In this document: one piece after another, positions 52,295 to 64,000 of the stretch
How positions within the stretch are numbered: the first letter of the stretch is position 1
Layout of the letters: each line of letters starts with the position of its first letter
DNA from: Octopus sinensis
Taxonomy: Eukaryota
DNA length: 64,000 bases
Reading direction: 5' to 3'
NCBI RefSeq assembly: GCF_006345805.1
Contig: NC_043026.1
Location: forward strand, 1,302,001 to 1,366,000
Program-made: the position numbers and the translations under genes
Notes under the pieces: model-generated
What the model saw: the letters and a program-made list of their open reading frames with translations, nothing else
Told to the model about the DNA's origin: nothing
The model's database searches: none

Positions 52295-52423
52295 AATTGT
52301 TAAAGAGGACAAGAAATGCTAACGCAAGACAAACATCTCAAGTCATATTTTTCCAATTAATAATAATGTATTTGACTTGAGATGTTTGTCTTGCCTTAGC
52401 ATTTATTGACCTCTTTAACAATT
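52295..52423. repeat. Fold-back palindrome with ~55-bp arms
   Basis: AATTGTTAAAGAGG...CAAGACAAACATCTCAAGTCA / TGACTTGAGATGTTTGTCTTG...CCTCTTTAACAATT. Confidence 0.85.
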
Positions 52424-52979
52424 AGACGTATATATAGATTTCTCAACGGGGATTTCAGGGGAGAGTTTCAGGGAGTCGCTGGCAATGTATCGTGATGATC
52501 AAAAATCCGGCCTGCTAAAATTTGGTTCAAGTGATTCAAACTGCAGACTCAACGCAAAATGGTCACATTTAATTCAAAGCGTTAAAAATGTTATGAAAAC
52601 AATTGCTATGTGTTCACAAAGTCCAAACGATTAATACGATAAAACCCTCCAGGCTAAATTCCCAAAATTCATTCTTTGCCGAATTTCTACAATGTTTACG
52701 GCGATTCGTTTTTATATCTTGATTTTTTATTTTTCATGCAATTTACGCATGCTTGCACGCGTGGTGAACACAGTTCACGTCAAACAGCTGACTGAGTAAA
52801 GTTCACTATTCAATGCATGAGATAAGGCCTAAACAAACACATTATAGATTTTTGCACTTGCGAGATTAATTTCGGAACAGAAATAGTGCAGTTCAATTTT
52901 CATTCGCTTAAACTTTAAGTGACCCATTTTTGGTGGTTCTACGATTTGTTGGCTAGGAGGAGATGTGCCGGGAAGTCAA

Positions 52980-53242
52980 ACACACAGACACACAAGTTGA
53001 GTTTTATATATATAGATATATATGTGTGTGTGTTTGTGTGTCTGTATTTGTCCCCCCAATATCGCTTGACAACCGATGCTGATGTGTTTACGTCCCCGTA
53101 ATTTAGCGGTTCAGAAAAAAGAAACCGATAAAATAAGTACTAGGCTCACAAAGAATAAGTCCCGGACACGAGTTGCTCTACTAAAGGTAGTGCTTCAGCA
53201 TGGCCACAGTCAAATGATTGAAACAAGTAAGAGTAAAAGAAT

Positions 53243-53274
<32 letters not shown>

Positions 53275-53289
53275 GTATGTATACACATA

Positions 53290-53328
<39 letters not shown>

Positions 53329-53504
53329 TATACATAGATATAGATATATCCTAAATACATCTCCTTCCGTGTATTATATACCACCAAAATATGACCTTTT
53401 TGAACTTATAATTTTCTTTGTATATATATAGATACTTCCAAACAAACATGATTTTTAATGAAATCCTAATATTTTTAACGAACTTTTTGATAGTTTCTCA
53501 AGAT
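52980..53504 (+). repeat. Second copy of 50535-51159
   Basis: Direct near-identity. Confidence 0.85.
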
Positions 53505-53692
53505 TTTTCCTGGAAACTGTTTTTAACATTTTCTTATTATTATCAAAGAATGTACATATGTATTGTAATATTTTGCGACAGCCAATACTTAACACAACAC
53601 AGCTTTTACATTTTACTTTTGACAATCTTCTTCTAAAAAAGTGAAACTGGCCAAGTGAATAGACATTTTTTAAAATAGCATTTCAAACCTTC

Positions 53693-53723
<31 letters not shown>

Positions 53724-54328
53724 GTAGTTGTATACTGGTATACCATCAACTTAACGTGACAGTCCCATGAGGGAAATCACACCACTACTATTTATCCCTA
53801 GGAAGCATAAACGCTTCCTGTCAGCCTTGACACATTTCCTGTGTCCTTATGTTTACAAGGGGGAGACAAGCACCTCCACCCTTCATGGGACTGTCACATT
53901 AAGTTGACAGTATACAACTACTCTATCGCACTCCTACTGCGTATATATCTCTAAGATATTTAGAAATGTAATATTTCTATTTTTGTAATCAGTTGATTTA
54001 TTTCACTAGAATTCTTATATGTTTACAAAGGCTAGACAGGCATCTCCAACTAGCAGCCCATGCTACCCCAGACTGATGATGAGCAAAGACTCAGAAACTA
54101 GTCTCTGGTTGCAGGCTTAGCTGGGTGGGGGTGCGCTTATCTCACCCTTGTAAACATAAGGACACAGGAAATGTGTCAAGGCTGACAGGAAGCGTTGATG
54201 CTTCCTAGGGCTAAATAGCGGTGGTGTGATTCCCTTCATGGGACTGTCACATTAAGTTGACAGTATACAACTGCTCTATTGTACCACTACTGCTTATATC
54301 TCTCTGAGATATTTAGAAATGTAATATA
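53724..54328 (+). mobile_element. Retrozyme-like element: inverted head (53724-53872) + 353-bp unit x1.27
   Basis: CTTCATGGGACTGTCAC at 53881 and 54234; 53724-53872 is inverted; (TA)n on both sides. Confidence 0.85.
54068..54108 (+). ncRNA. Canonical minimal type I hammerhead ribozyme
   Basis: CCAGA-CTGATGA-TGAG caaaga CTCA-GAAA-CTAG-TC-TCTGG: perfect stems I and II, intact core, palindromic ACTAGT, GUC site. Confidence 0.92.
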
Positions 54329-54339
54329 TATATATAACT

Positions 54340-55330
54340 AATTTAGAGACGAACCACCATTCCACAACTCAGTCAATGAAGAACCCATCCAAAGCCATCC
54401 CGTGAGACATATACCATACAAAATACTAATCTAAAATTTCAATAATATAGAATATTGAACAGTAAGATTATTACAATCATATAATATATAAGAGCAAATA
54501 CTTTAAAATCACAGCGAATACCATACACACAAATATTCATCATAAAAGTATTCATCTAAAATCCAATAAAGTATAAATTGAACAATAAAAATTAATAAAA
54601 TAATATAATGTATAAAAGTAAGTACTTGTACATTGACTACACGCGTTTCATGGTTGAATTAGGACTATATAAAATCATATAAGAAAACCATATCAAAGTT
54701 CATTAGAACGGAAAAATGATTTTATTCCCAAAAGCAGTCACTCCTCAGGTCAAATTCCTAAAAAAGCCTAAAAACTTAAAGTTTAACTTACCTCATAATA
54801 TGATAAGGAATAAAAAAATAAAGAATAAAAAAATATATATAAAGAGACAAAACCTGTAATGTAATCACTAAGTTAAATACTTAATATTATTAAAAGTTAT
54901 GAACTAAAAAATTCAAATAAAGTATTATTGCGAACATGATTAATTCATGAGAAGGTAAATAAATGTAAATACGTGTTAATGTATAAAGTAAATAAAAGAT
55001 GTATGTCGATATTGTTTAGAATAAAATAAAAAATCATGATTTATCTGCCGGCGAATTACTGTTGATTAAACCGAAATAAGTGTACTTTAGCATTTATACT
55101 GAAAAGTCACATGATAAATATGGTGTCCATTACCCAGAGATAAATACGTATTATATTTACTATATACTCCCTATTCTATACGATTTAGCCTCACAAACTA
55201 TTTCCCATTTTAAATCTTTTAGATTTAAGTTCCCAAATGTATTCTGTAGAATTCCTTAAATTTCTGTTCTTAAAAGAATTCATATGTTGGGCCGCCCGTG
55301 ATTTACTTTTATTGGAAGTCGATCCTATGT
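54340..55330 (-). mobile_element. PLE 3' end: GIY-YIG remnant (55191-55330) + pLTR with HHR (54633-54753)
   Basis: TTYIGSTSNKSKSRAAQHMNSFKNRNLRNSTEYIWELK; downstream TTGAC-CTGAGGA-GTG...CAT-GAAA-CGCGTG-TA-GTCAA. Confidence 0.7.
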
Positions 55331-55796
55331 AAGTAGTATTTATGTTATCATTATTACTATTATTATTATCATTCAACAGTTGCACAACAGCTTCTTTCCC
55401 TGTCTACTGATTTTCATCCATGTTTGTTGCCATAAAGCTTCCACTTCACATGTCTTAACTTGTCCTTTTAGTCGAAAGACACCTGTTGTTATTCTTGTAC
55501 TTTGTATTCATAATCATGTGACATTTTCTCCATTTTCTTGCTTTTTGTCTGTGTTGTCGCACATATTCACCCACTTACAAAAATTGAATGCCCTTAGCTT
55601 AGATTTTTGGAGCCTACCAATTTTGAACAGTCTCAAGCATAACAGGCCAAAACTGCAGTGATAATTGGAAGCTTGACTGATGAATAGAAAGTTACGAATG
55701 TTTCTTCCTGGTTTTCCTGTCCATCTCTGTATCATCCATCTGTCCGTATGTTTTCATTGTCGTTCTTGTTCTGTTTTTTTGCATTTATATATATAT

Positions 55797-57590
55797 ATCT
55801 GTAAATTAATATGTTACCATTATTCAACAGCCAAGATAAAACTCTGAATTTCGGATGCCGAAGTGGAAATCCACAACACCATCTCTTCGGTTATCTGGCC
55901 ATCTGAAAAACGCTATGAAAAAAGACCGTTATTCAAAGGGAAATTACTGTGTTATAATTCCGCTACTTATATAAATTAAGGTTAAAAGTTCATAGTAAAC
56001 ACGTAAGCATGGCTATACGTCACTATGAAAACGTACACATCTTCACTCGCATTTTTCGCCAAATATATATGCATATATATTCAAACTCATACACACACAC
56101 GCGTACCTTCAATATAGGTAAATATTTCTTAACATTGATAGATAGACATTTTCCAGTTAACCATATTCATAGGAAACTCTTCAATAAACTCAATTTAAAA
56201 ATTAGTTTTAGTTCAACTACCAATTTTAAAAATATAATCACACACAACACACAAAAACCACAACAAGAAAACAGCTGTTCATGCAGGAATAAAAAATTGT
56301 GCCCGCTAAATGGAGCTTGCATGTCCGAGACCATCATCTATGAAGCTACCGTGGACTCTATAACCACTAAAGACACCGTTTCGACGAAGAAATATGTAGG
56401 CCTTACAGAGGGTAATTTCAAGGCCAGGTTCAATAACCACACCTTGAGTTTTAGGCACTGGAACAAAAGAAAAGCGACAAAATTATCCAATCATATTTGG
56501 TCATTAAAAGATAAAGGTGTCAAATACAACATCCATTGGAAGATTTTGGCCAAATGTAAGCCCTACACCAACAGCAGCGGAAAGTGCGGTCTATGCGACA
56601 TGGAGAGATGGCTTATCTGGAAAAGCAGCTTAGACCCTACTACATGTCTAAACTGAAGGATAGAACTTTTCGGATCATGCCCACACGTGACAACATTTTT
56701 ATGTTTTTGGTCCCCCAAGAATACAGATAGAATTTGCTTTCTATTTTATGTCCCAAAAAGTTTTTTTTATCTCATTATACCTTTTATTTTTTCACATATT
56801 TTTATATTTTTACACAAAATAATTTTTTCTGCCCTCTTCCATTCTGCACGTGTGTGAATATGTATGAGTGGGCAGGTGTGTATGTATATAGATGTGTGCG
56901 GGCATAAGAATACATATATATATACGTTTTTACTGAATATTTTTACAATTTTTTCCGTTTTTTGGGGGGCATATGTTTAATAATTTTTTTGTGTATGCGT
57001 ATATAAACATGTGCGGGTATGTACATATATGGGCGTGTGTGCGTATGCGTGCATAAGGGCATGTCCGTATATGAACGTGGTTTTACGCTTTGTATACTTC
57101 TTTATGTTTTTCTGTATTGTTACTTTTAACCATGTTTTTTCTTGTGCTTGTGCGTATATAGACGTATGTATGAACCTTTACGGTATGCGTGTGTGTGTAT
57201 GAGTTTGTATATATATATATGCGTATGCAATTGGTGAAAAATGCGAGTGAAGATGTGTAAGTTTTCATAGTGATGTATACGTACGCACGTGGGTGCACGA
57301 GCGCACATGTGAGTGTATGAGTAGCCATGCTTACGTGTTTACTATGAACTTTTAACCTTAATTTATATAAGTAACGGAATTATAACACAGTAATTTCCCT
57401 TTATATAACGGTATTTTTTCATAGCATTTTTCAGATGGCCAGATAACAGAAGAGATGGTGTTGTGGATTTCCGCTTCGGCATCCGAAACTCCTAGTTTTA
57501 TCTTGGCTATTGAATAATGGTAACATATTAATTTACAGATAAATTTCCTCTATTTACATAATATTGAGGTCTCTTTTGTTATCTTACCGT
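55797..57590 (+). mobile_element. PLE 3' end with inverted pLTR head (55797-56090), GIY-YIG ORF remnant (56100-56656) and direct pLTR
   Basis: CSCRNKKLCPLNGACMSETIIYEATV...YVGLTEGNFKARFNNHTLSF...LSNHIWSLK...CGLCDMER; 57320-57540 is the reverse complement of 55797-56015; decayed HHR motifs at 57442-57502 (+) and 55835-55895 (-). Confidence 0.85.
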
Positions 57591-57617
57591 TTTTACCAAT
57601 ATATATATATATATTTA

Positions 57618-57985
57618 TTCTTTTATTTTCTTTTACTTGTTCCAGTCATTTGACAGCAGTCATGTTGGAGCACCACCTTTAGTCAAACAAATTGACCCCT
57701 GGACTTATTCTTTGTAAGAATAGAATAGAATAAGACCCCTGGACTTATTCTATGGCTCTATTTTGCTGAACTGCTAAGTTACGGGGACTAAAACACACCA
57801 GCATCAGTTGTCAAGCAATGATGTGGGAATAAACACAAACACACAAATTCATACACACACACACATATGTATACGATGGGCTTTCAGTTTCTGTCTGCCA
57901 AATCAACTCAAAAGGCGTTGGTTGGCCTGAGGCTATAAGTGCCACACAGTGGGACTTAACCTGGAATCACAGCCACTCCTGCACC
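57618..57985 (-). mobile_element. Major-family SINE
   Basis: Homology to 14056-14461. Confidence 0.7.
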
Positions 57986-58002
57986 TATATATATATATAT
58001 TG

Positions 58003-58268
58003 GCCGATGCTTCTGTGCCGGTAGCACAAAAAAAAAAAAGCACCAACCGATCGTGGCCGATGCCAGACCCCTCTGGCTCCTGTGCAGGTGGCACGTAAAT
58101 AGCACCCACTACACTCGCGGAGTGGTTGGCGTTAGGAAGGGCATCCAGCTGTAGAAACACTGCCAGACCAGACTGGAGCCTGGGGCAGCCCCTGGCTCCC
58201 CAGACCCCGGTTGAACCGTCCAACCCGTGCTAGCGCGGAAAACGGACGATGATGATGATGATGATGAT
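58003..58268 (+). mobile_element. RTE 3' UTR fragment
   Basis: GGTTGGCGTTAGGAAGGGCATCCAGC...GGACGATGATGAT. Confidence 0.75.
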
Positions 58269-58362
58269 ATATATATATATATATGTATGTATATATATAT
58301 ATATATATGTATGTATATATATATATATATATATTGTATGTATATATATATATATATATATG

Positions 58363-58413
<51 letters not shown>

Positions 58414-58447
58414 ATATATATATATTATATATATATATATGTATGTA

Positions 58448-58533
<86 letters not shown>

Positions 58534-59369
58534 ACTACATATGTGGGAAATTCTGTCTGTGGGTGTGTTGATAGCTAACTCCTTCCACATCGTTTTATTG
58601 ATCAATGAATCTTGACACATGAGTAGAACTCATGTCTGGAAACCGCATGGCATGCTCAGATTGTTGAAATAAAAGCGATAATAAGGCCCCTGGAAGGGAT
58701 TCTAATATATATCTAAGGGAATATATTTCCAAGGGAAATAGCCCATTCATTTTCCTAAATCATTTGGTATAAATCAAATTGAGTTTTACTTATTTCTTAG
58801 TATTTGAACTGTTAGAATTATTTTCGCAATTTATCTCGTACAACCTTTAAACAAGTAAATAATATTTTCCTAAACAACAGATCCACTTATTTCAGTTAGT
58901 GACTTGTTCGCGAATATATTGACCCTAGTACTGCTGAGGGTAATATTCTCTGGGAATGCACAAAAGCCCTTTTCAGAGTTATTCACTTTGAATTGTTATT
59001 ATCTCATATCTGATTAGCCTATTGTATAACATGCTTCATGAGTTTAGCATACATACCTTATTAGTGTTCCTCCTAAATTCTATATAATATGGGAATGAAT
59101 TAAAGCCCTTTTTATTTGAATTCTTACTATCAGGTAACTAATTCCAAGTTTTTGCATAACTGCCTTCACAATTTGGGTATTCATAACTTATTGAGAATTC
59201 CTAAAAACAAGATCCTGAGTAAGACAGTTCGATATTCTCTGTAAATGCACAAAACCGTTTTAAGGGCTACATATTTTGTATTGTTGTTATTTGATTAGCG
59301 AAACAATTATGAGAATGGAACCAAGGGATAAGCTCCACTTTCCTGGGAATTACTGGGTACATCAGCTAG

Positions 59370-59417
<48 letters not shown>

Positions 59418-59812
59418 GGAATATAAAAAATGTGACAAGAACACAAAACATCCAGAGAGATGATGCAAAAAAGGGACAAGAAAAAACATAGACGGGTGAT
59501 TCGAAGTTTTCTTTCCTCAGTCAAGTTCCAGATTATCGTTGCAATTTTGGCTGGTTATACTCAAGATTGCTCCAATCTGGGCAGCCCCAAGAAAAAACTA
59601 ATCTAAGAGCACTAGATTCCTTGGAAGAAAGCAGTGAATGTATACAAAAACAAGGATAGAAAAAAAAACGAGAAATGGTACACAAATACAAATGCAAATA
59701 ACAGGACATAACAACAGGCGTTTTTCGACAAAGGGTGAATTAAATTAAGCAATATGTATATAAAAAGGAAAAAAAATGGGACAAAAACGCAAAACATCCA
59801 GACAGCTAGATG

Positions 59813-59844
<32 letters not shown>

Positions 59845-59959
59845 GTGTCTATATGTATTTGTGTGTATATATATATATACACATGCATGCATACATACAT
59901 ACATACATACATACATACATACATACATACATACATACATGCATACATACATGCTCAAC

Positions 59960-61090
59960 TGCATGTGTAGGCTATGTCATGATTCTGTGGAAGACGTCAC
60001 GAATGTGATTAGCAGCTGTCCTAAAATGTCATCACGGTACTTCCTCCCTATGCAGCACGATGTTGTTGCTAAAACAATTTACAGCGCCATCTGCAAGGAA
60101 GACTGTCTTGAAATAAATTTCCCTGTTATGGAATACACCAATTCAAGGAACATTGGTGGAATATTCCCATCAAAACTTCTGTCGAATATAGACGGATATT
60201 GTTGTTTGGAACAGAGGGGCAAAGGTATGTACCATCATAGAGGTTAGATGGTCTGCAGATATAAATATCTCTTTGAAAATCAAAGGAAAATAGGATATCT
60301 AAGGACGACTGATTCGAAACCTCCAGCTTCTATGTCCAGATTATGAATTCATATTCATACCAATAACAATTGGAGCACTAGGTTTTGTTAAAGGAGAATC
60401 TGGATAAACTGGGATTTTCAGAAAGAGAAATCGATCGGCTAATTCGTATGACAAGTGCAATCTGTGAGTGGAACAATAAAAATATGCAAGACTTTTCTCA
60501 AGTTCCAAATGTGAATTTGTCTGTGTTAACTACATCATAGAGATGGAGCTTTGTACGAGAAATGTCATCACGGTACTTCCTCCCTATGCAGCACGATGTT
60601 GTTGCTAAAACAATTTACAGCGCCATCTGCAAGGAAGACTGTCTTGAAATAAATTTCCCTGTTATGGAATACACCAATTCAAGGAACATTGGTGGAATAT
60701 TCCCATCAAAACTTCTGTCGAATATAGACGGATATTGTTGTTTGGAACAGAGGGGCAAAGGTATGTACCATCATAGAGGTTAGATGGTCTGCAGATATAA
60801 TATCTCTTTGAAAATCAAAGGAAAATAGGATATCTAAGGACGACTGATTCGAAACCTCCAGCTTCTATGTCCAGATTATGAATTCATATTCATACCAATA
60901 ACAATTGGAGCACTAGGTTTTGTTAAAGGAGAATCTGGATAAACTGGGATTTTCAGAAAGAGAAATCGATCGGCTAATTCGTATGACAAGTGCAATCTGT
61001 GAGTGGAACAATAAAAATATGCAAGACTTTTCTCAAGTTCCAAATGTGAATTTGTCTGTGTTAACTACATCATAGAGATGGAGCTTTGTA
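59960..61090 (+). pseudogene. R4/Dong-like non-LTR element C-terminus (CCHC + restriction-like endonuclease), tandemly duplicated (536 bp)
   Basis: [19 protein letters not shown]...QHDVVAKTI; in another frame DIVVWNRGAKVCTIIEV...KIKGK*...IFIPITIGALG; AAATGTCATCACGG at 60024 and 60560. Confidence 0.75.
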
Positions 61091-62041
61091 TCTTTGTTAG
61101 AAACCAGCACCCTCCTCAGTGGAAGATTTATAATAATTAAAATATAGAAGAAACATGCTTACGTACATACATAGACAGACAGGTATACATACACACACGC
61201 ATACATGTTTTGCAAATAACTTGCACATGCAAGTGCTTCCAGTCAAGAACTCTGCATACCAGAAACCAGCAAGTGTATTGGGTCATCAGGAGGGAATGTA
61301 TGCCATTTCAGGGCCTACCTCTCGACGGCATCAATGTGCACCCCCCTCACTGATATGATGCCTTGCTTGCTAAATCAACTGGTTATCCAATAAAACTCAA
61401 TATTCTTCTTGCCAGAGCTACTATGAAGTCAGACAGTCAGTCATTGTAGGAGGTTAGTAGTAGTGGTAGCAGAGTCATTGTCCAAGTCTCTTAGTTGGAG
61501 TCAGTGTCAGTTATATGATATACACAAGTTCTAGTTACCATCAAGGGAGACGTTTCAAAGTTATTGTCTTGCGGAGCTGTCAGTGATAGCAAAATAGACA
61601 AGTCAAAGATAATAAGACGTGGAACACCACTACAATGTAACATTGGTGACAAGAATATTACTGTGCCAACACTAACATACAAGTGGACGAAGATACACAT
61701 TATAACATTCTTTTAAGACAATAGTCTGATTAAGCTGTTTGCTGTTTCTGGCAGAAGAGAGAGAAGAATTACATGAAAGGTTCTGTTGTTGTCTCGTGAG
61801 CAAACATGTGTCACTGAAATGGTGTTATGTAATCTCCCATTGATCACATTGCCATAGCACACACTCATACAGCCACGGTCACATTGTATCAGCACAGTTG
61901 TACACAGAAATACAAAAACAAAAACAATTCCTTATGCACAAATGTTGCTGCAGCAGCTGACAGTGTCAGAAGAATGCATCAAGAACCAAGCAATGGCAGA
62001 GGAAGGCTACACAGAACTTGTAGTTGTAGTAGTAGTAGTAT

Positions 62042-62075
<34 letters not shown>

Positions 62076-62356
62076 TGTAGATGTTAGATATTTGGATATG
62101 TGGGAAAAAAATCTATTCTGTTGCAGACATATTTACTTAATTTGTGTGTGTGTGTGTGTGTGTGTGTATGGCAGAGTGAGATGGGATGATTCTGGGATAA
62201 ATCACAAAGAGACGAGCAAAAGTGGCCCTAGAAACCAATAAGCAATGTATATACATATATACTTGTGTGTGTAAGAGTACATGTGTGTTATACATGTGTG
62301 TGTATATGCAACTCTCCTTCCTCTCTCTTTCTCTCTCTCTGCCTTCCTATCTCTCC

Positions 62357-62390
<34 letters not shown>

Positions 62391-62792
62391 TGTTGTGTCT
62401 AGGGAGAGTCATTATGCACATTTAATTAATACCCACATGTGGATAATTCCACTCCTTTTCTTTATTATTAGTCAATTGGCCAAATATCTGACTAATTTGT
62501 CTTGTTTTCGTTTGCCAAAGCTCTTTTGTTGGTACTTGCAACCTTTTCAATGACTACATGTATGCACACATACACACACACACATGCATATCCTTTTAGT
62601 GTGGACTGTTGTAAAAAAAGAGTTCTCACTACCATAGTCAAGATTAACAATATTTTATTTTGGTTGAGTTAGTCTCTGTCTCCTACAACTTTCACCCGTA
62701 GGATCTTCAGGCAAGTTGTCAGACATTGTCAACATTTGATTGAAGATCCTGTACTCTTCAGAGCAGCAAGAAACTGACTTAACCAAAATAAC

Positions 62793-62831
<39 letters not shown>

Positions 62832-62898
62832 ACCCATGCTAGCATGGAAAGCGGACGTTAAACGATGATGATGATATATATATATATATATATACACA

Positions 62899-62938
<40 letters not shown>

Positions 62939-63036
62939 CACATATATATATGTAACACCTACAATAGTTGAGGGGTGTTGTATGTATGTATGTATGCATT
63001 ATGTAAGTATATAAAAGAAAATTAAGAAAATGGAGA

Positions 63037-63330
63037 TCATCATCATTATCATTTAATATCTGTGTTCCATGCTAGCATGGGTGGGACGGTACCACAGGAG
63101 CCGGCACCAGACTTCTGTGACTGTTTTGGCAGGATTTTTACAGCTGGATGCCCTTTCTAACACCTCAGTAGAGTGGACTTAATGCTTTTTATGTGACACA
63201 AGTACAGCTGAGGTGAGTAGTGCTTTTACATGGCACAAGCATAGGCGAGGTGAGTTTTGGCCAGGTTTTTACAGCTGGATGCTCTTTCTAACACCAATCA
63301 CTTTACAATGTGGGCTGGGTGCTTCTAAGT
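63037..63330 (-). mobile_element. Diverged RTE 3' UTR variant
   Basis: (CAT)n...CCATGCTAGCATGGG...CAGCTGGATGCCCTTTCTAAC. Confidence 0.55.
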
Positions 63331-64000
63331 GGCACCTGCACTGACAGGGTCACCAAGTACTTGCAAGACAAAAACTTTTAAGAGGTGATGACGAAAAGGT
63401 TATAGTGAGACAGATGCAGGTGTCTTGCTGTAGAGGAAGTACAAGGCAACCTGGCCAGAGAGAGGTAAAGATCAGGTATGAAGACAGAAAGAGGTGTGCT
63501 ACTGCAAAGAAAATACGTGGTTGCCCAACCTGAGGGAAGTGCAGGAGGAGAGAGAGAGAGAGAGAGAGTGAGAGTGAGCAAGTGGGAGACTGCAAGATGG
63601 AGATGGTGACAAAATGCTGGGCATACTCACAAGGAATGGGGATCAGAGTATAAATGAGATGGTTGAGTAAAGGAAGAGAGAGAACCCTTGAGGTTCAAAT
63701 GCCATAATATAAATGACAGGATATTACGAAGGGAGTGCAATTAAAGAGTGCAAGTAAGTGGCAAAAGACCTGGGTATATAGAGTTGGAGGGGCTACTGGA
63801 TAGCAATGATACAGAGGAACAGGGGTGTGAGGGCAGGATTGGGGAGTGAGAGCTAGGCATAGTGAATGGAGGAGGAAATGTGAGAAAGAGATGTAGATTG
63901 GTTTGTTGGGGTAGGGTGAGGGAAAAGTTTTCCAGATTGGGAGCAGCTAGCAGATGGCAATAATAGAGTGAATCAAGGCATGTGGGTAGAATGCACAGGT

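Noticed and set aside
54130-54225. HDV-like or twister ribozyme suggested by GCUAA-AUAGCG
   Set aside because: Could not build the P1/P3/L3/P1.1 nested pseudoknot, and the twister UCCYAAGC loop is absent; kept only as a conserved hairpin module.
58600-58665. Hairpin ACATGAGT/ACTCATGT followed by GAAA...TC-AGAT
   Set aside because: CUGANGA core absent; at best a heavily decayed motif.
62681-62719. Minus-strand CTGAAGA-TCC TACG GGT-GAAA hammerhead-like core
   Set aside because: No workable stem III/NUH or stem I pairing.

Overview
Repeat-saturated, AT-rich animal genomic DNA. A cephalopod (octopus-like) origin is inferred from the SINE/LINE families and the dense (TA)n, (CA)n and (GATA)n tracts. 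No host protein-coding gene could be supported, and most ORFs in the track are translations of microsatellites or transposon debris. The window holds fragments of RTE, CR1, L1/Tx1 and R4-like LINEs, tRNA-derived SINEs, Tc1 and mariner elements, non-autonomous Helitrons (three head-to-tail) and several Penelope-like elements (PLEs; one with RT plus GIY-YIG). The main unexplained signal is at least 7-8 sequence families carrying type I hammerhead ribozyme (HHR) motifs with short palindromic stem III. These include a 362-bp x4.25 retrozyme-like tandem array with a U3:A8 core variant, a related 353-bp unit with a canonical HHR, and families with very long, covarying stem II hairpins. Nearly all abut (TA)n tracts, and many share an 'inverted head + direct copy + tail' architecture with the PLE pseudo-LTRs in the same window. 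This suggests a PLE-driven set of non-autonomous ribozyme retroelements. All folds were inspected by eye, none computed.
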